64,000 nucleotides of DNA, taken from assembly GCA_020536535.1 (NCBI GenBank), contig JAHLWZ010000826.1:1-64000 (forward strand). Direction: 5' to 3'. Below the pieces are notes generated by a model. The model made no database searches. It was not told the origin of the DNA and saw nothing but the letters and a program-made list of their open reading frames with translations. The position numbers and the translations under genes were made by a program. The DNA is from Pelomyxa schiedti (Eukaryota; Protista; Evosea). Positions 60,196 to 64,000 of the stretch are shown here, one piece after another. Position 1 is the stretch's first letter. Each line of letters begins with the position of its first letter.

Positions 60196-60871
60196 AAATA
60201 TTCTTTCACAAATAAGAAGAACAGGAGCGGTACACTACCAAAGGCCGCATTACGCAAGACTGATTGAAACAATAAAATTTGCCCCACGTATGTCAGGAAG
60301 CTCAGGTGGCAAGGTTACTAGTGATCAGATATACATTGGGAGGATACAAGTACCCAGCGTTTTTATGGACTACGTCAAACGCATTTTACTGGACTCTGCA
60401 TGAGGCCACATGGGAGAATAAAAAAAAACGAGACAGCGTTCCGGTCTGTTGATTATTTACATTTCTTTCTCCTTTGCTGTGTCCGTGTGTTCTTATCGGG
60501 ATACCTATGCAGAGCGAACGAAACATCTGCTGTTGGAAAGAGCCAAGGCGACCATTCCAGCCGTACGGCTGTCCGTTGTGCACCAACCATTACAAGTGCG
60601 GCAGGTTCGAGACGTCATGCCGTCTGTAACTGGTACTATCACCAACAGTTCCCAAAAGAAATGTCAATGGGATCCAAGCGAGTTCAGAACGGCTCCACGA
60701 CCTCACGTTGGTCAGGTCTGAAGCTCCTGCAAATAAAAATAAAAACGAATGTAATGTACATAGAGAGTGACAAATGTTTTAAAAACTGGTTTTCCACACA
60801 CGGTTCTTACTTGATGTTAGGTTCCGCAATTCAAAAAAGGTTTGTGTATGTCTTAACAAGCAGTGGTGGAT

Positions 60872-63330
60872 TTACGGGGTACCCTTGACCACACTAGCAG
60901 GCAGGAAGGCGCAGGACGTCGCCCAGGGTGTTTCATCCCCGGGCCAGTCTGCTGATGCTGTGCACTCCATCATACACAAAAGGTCTTCCCCTTTCGGCAC
61001 TTCCTTGAGATGCACACGGTCCAGTTTCCCTTTGTGTGTCACATTTACAACCTGAAGAACCGTGTTGGGTGTGAGGAGGGTCTCTTCCTCGGAATGTATC
61101 ACAGACAGAGCACTGATATCAACACCGGAGACTTGGTCAATTTCAAAAAGAGTTTTGGGACTCTTTGTGGCCTTGTTAGTGAACATACTTGCTGTGGAGA
61201 GTTTTCTACTGCAGCTCGTGAAGGACACCCAGATGACATACTTTCCTTTCACATACTGTGTGGTGGGATCAGATGCCGCTTGAAAGTTTTCCAAGCCCCG
61301 GTACACCTTTCCTGGTTTTAGAGGGCATTTCTTGAGTGCTTGCAGGAGATACCCCGTGATATCAATGTCTATTGCGGTGGGTTTCCTATGGTGAAGTGTG
61401 TAGTTCAGGCTCTGGAAAAACAAGTCTGTGGTGTACAGTGAAACGATGCGGATTTCATCATCACTGAGCCCATACAGCCCTCTGGACCTGTTCACAACGC
61501 TCTCTACTGCAGTATTTCTGAAGTTTGGGCTGGTCTCGAGCAGTGCTCTCAGGGGAATTGTGGGACCTTGTTCAGGGAGAGGGAAAGAGAACTTTCCTCT
61601 CACTGTGTCACGAACCTTGACCACACATGTATCACTGTGGTTCCATCTTCTCAGAGTTATCAGTGCCCTGAAAGCTTCCGCAATGCGGGGATCGACAGCA
61701 ACTTGAACTTCAGGCGTTTCTCGGCTGTTGAGGTGCTGCTGAAGGTTTTCGTCGATAGGTGAGTCCTGTACGTCAACCCTTTTCTCAAAGCGTTCCCATT
61801 TGGTTGTCCATTCTTCTGGGACAGGCACAGGAGCCATGTTTTTCCATGCAATGGTTCTTCCACAGGGTTTGGTGAGCTCTGGGTGGCGCCCTTCTGTTGT
61901 TCGTTCGTAGTAGCACGCCAGTTGGTATTCAAAGCACAGTTTAAGCTCTTCAATCCTGAACAGTTGATCCTCTGATGGTGACCACCAGCTTGTTTCATTT
62001 CGCCGATTGTAGTGGTCCTGGCACAAGCCTTTCAATTCTGCCTTTCTTGTATTGTCCAGCTTGGCAATCTCTTGGTTCACTGCTTCTTGGTTTGGTTGCG
62101 GTATCAGGGTGCGCAGTATTCTCATTGCCCTGCCAGTTTTTGCTGGCGTTTTGGGGTCTGATAGGTACTTTTCCACTTGTATGTCGGTGAACCGGCACGT
62201 CCGAGATGTTGTGGAGCTTGCGGACCAGTCGAAAACAGTGCTACTTGGTCCAGAGATCTTGTTAATATCCCATTCAAACACGTTGAAAGAGCTCCAAGTT
62301 TCCGCAAATAGTGGCCTCTTTCCACACACAGTGTTTCCTTCGCAACCTTCAACAAGAACCCACACATTCTGACAGTGAGGGCAGCGCCTGAATGGAGAAT
62401 TGTGGTTGAGATACAGCTCGCCCTTACAGTGGTTCCTTATCTCCAGCAGTTGCCTCTTGAACTCTTTCTTCATTTCGCCACTGAAGAGGAGGCTTCCTTC
62501 ACTGCCTCCCAATTCTTCTGAGAACTGGGCCTGATACTTGGGAATGAGATCGTACATTGTAGCTTTGAAGGAAAATGCAAAATCCCTCTTCGTAGCTCCC
62601 TCCATTGTATTCATTCGTTGGGTTCCTGACTCGGTCAATTTCTGAAAGTGGCTGACGTACTTGTTGTAGATAGCTCTCATTTTCAAGTCATTTGGGGCCA
62701 AGTTGAAGTACGAAACGAGCTGAGCCGGCGCGATTCTTACGTCGATTGGTTGGATTACATCAAGTGATTCCAGGAAAGTCATCAATTCAGCCTTTGAAGT
62801 GTCTCTGGCAGTTACCAGAATATGGTTCAGACCCAGATCACCCGCTACGCCCATGATTTCCGCAGCAGTGATCGAAGGTATCAAGTCGCTCTTTGTGACA
62901 ATCATGGCGATGTTGTGTTCAAACTCCTCAATGAATGGGGTTACGAGATCGCTGATGGCTTTCTCTACACCATCGAGGCGGTCTTTGAGGGAGCAAACCA
63001 TTAAAAGGCAAGTAACTGGCTTGAATCTCAAAGCTCCTAACAGATCCAGAGCATGATCAACACGTCCTTTTCTGGAATTGAGCCCTGGTGTATCTGCGAG
63101 CCAGTATCTATTCTCAACAGGGAATACCTGTAATTTCTGGTGTTAAAAAAATAATGTGTCAACCACCTAACCTTCGATTTTAGGGTGAATGATTCTGGAG
63201 CGTTTGAGCTGAGCCCAGTCCGTCCCGTTAGCTTTTCACACAGAGTGGACTTCCCTGAACCAACATCTCCCATCAACACAAAAAACGGAGTTGTGCCCTT
63301 GCCTCGTCCAGAAACCACAGCCGCACTCAT
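60872..63330 (-). CDS. P-loop GTPase (TRAFAC, AIG1/Era/IRG-like) + Cys cluster + R-S-E ADP-ribosyltransferase fusion, one 5' intron
   Basis: G1 GDVGSGKS, G3 DTPG (after splicing), G4 TKSD; RRCPHCQNVWVLVEGCEGNTVCG; ART motifs YTT..F..LN..L, VYRG, FTSCS, SEEETLL. Confidence 0.8.
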
Positions 63331-64000
63331 CTTTTTTCAAAGTAGTAAAATTCTGTCTTGGTCTGTTTAAAAAGTATCACTCGAGTACCAAGTTGGAAGA
63401 CTAAGTAGGTCAACTTGTGAAAACTACCTTTTTGCAGATTTAGTGTGCGAAGGTGATGATTACTAAATTGTGGGTCCTTTTAAGGCCACAGACCGAACAT
63501 AATAAAAGAGAATTCTCCGCACGCCTCTTCACGACCTCCGCATATTTAGCGATGTATTTTGCCAAACATACAGGCCTGGCCTGGGTGTGCTTGATTTAAT
63601 GTGTTCGCTGCAGAAGAAAATGTTATGAAGTTTGGTGTTAATTGAGAGTAAGTACACAAGTCTGTGTAGTTCAGTAATTTGCTTGTGGATAGGGCACTTC
63701 ATCCTACCTTCATTCACAGGGCATCCACGCATCTGTACACACGTCCTCTGCCTCTACGTCGGTGTCAGTGATTCCCAGCATTTTCTTCGATGCTTTGACA
63801 TGTAAGTCCGATGCAACAACGAACTTCATCATGTGCTCCTTGGCAAACGAGGCCGTCATTTCAGGGAACAGTCGCATGAGCATCTTCCACGTGCCAACTT
63901 GTGATCGTATTGTCTGTGGGTATATCGGGTCGGTCATTATGCCAATCTTTATGGTGGGTTAAGTATATTATGTATGAGAAGAAAACCATCATAATACCTG

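Noticed and set aside
63500-63960. LAKYIAKY resembling an HUH/Helitron Rep motif in minus-strand frames
   Set aside because: No HUH motif and no continuous frame; probably part of a spliced gene running in from the window edge.
1-64000. CRISPR arrays, rRNA/tRNA genes, non-standard genetic code, prokaryotic operons
   Set aside because: No regularly spaced repeats or recognisable RNA genes. Long ORFs read cleanly in the standard code, and interruptions are explained by GT-AG introns.

Overview
Gene-dense eukaryotic genomic DNA in the standard code, with many short (~30-70 nt) GT-AG introns. The ORF track therefore fragments most genes, and I rebuilt exons by eye. The family content (divergent Ras-superfamily GTPases, a Roco-like kinase, WDPCP, lineage-expanded orphan families) suggests an amoebozoan protist, possibly an archamoeba such as Pelomyxa; this is inference. 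Recognisable genes: WDPCP/Fritz, a C2-ankyrin protein, three DUF4403-like paralogs, a Roco-like (COR + pseudokinase) gene and a deleted derivative, a NO VEIN-like GHKL/DUF3883 protein, two helical orphan paralogs, a long coiled-coil protein, an AAA+ ATPase, a tandem pair of HxxxDG acyltransferases, a GPI-type surface protein and a GTPase-ADP-ribosyltransferase fusion. Top candidate 1: a spliced Rho GTPase + F-box + Hint(Vint-type) fusion (53018-55215), visible only after splicing because the apparent stop lies inside a GTAAGT donor. Top candidate 2: an intron-containing homolog of the supposedly lepidopteran-specific ENF-peptide-binding/30K lipoprotein (Lipoprotein_11) architecture (15135-16760). 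The window also records recent genome dynamics: gene-fragment duplications, a 188-bp inverted repeat with one-sided CpG decay, and a patchwork templated insertion. No rRNA, tRNA or CRISPR was seen.
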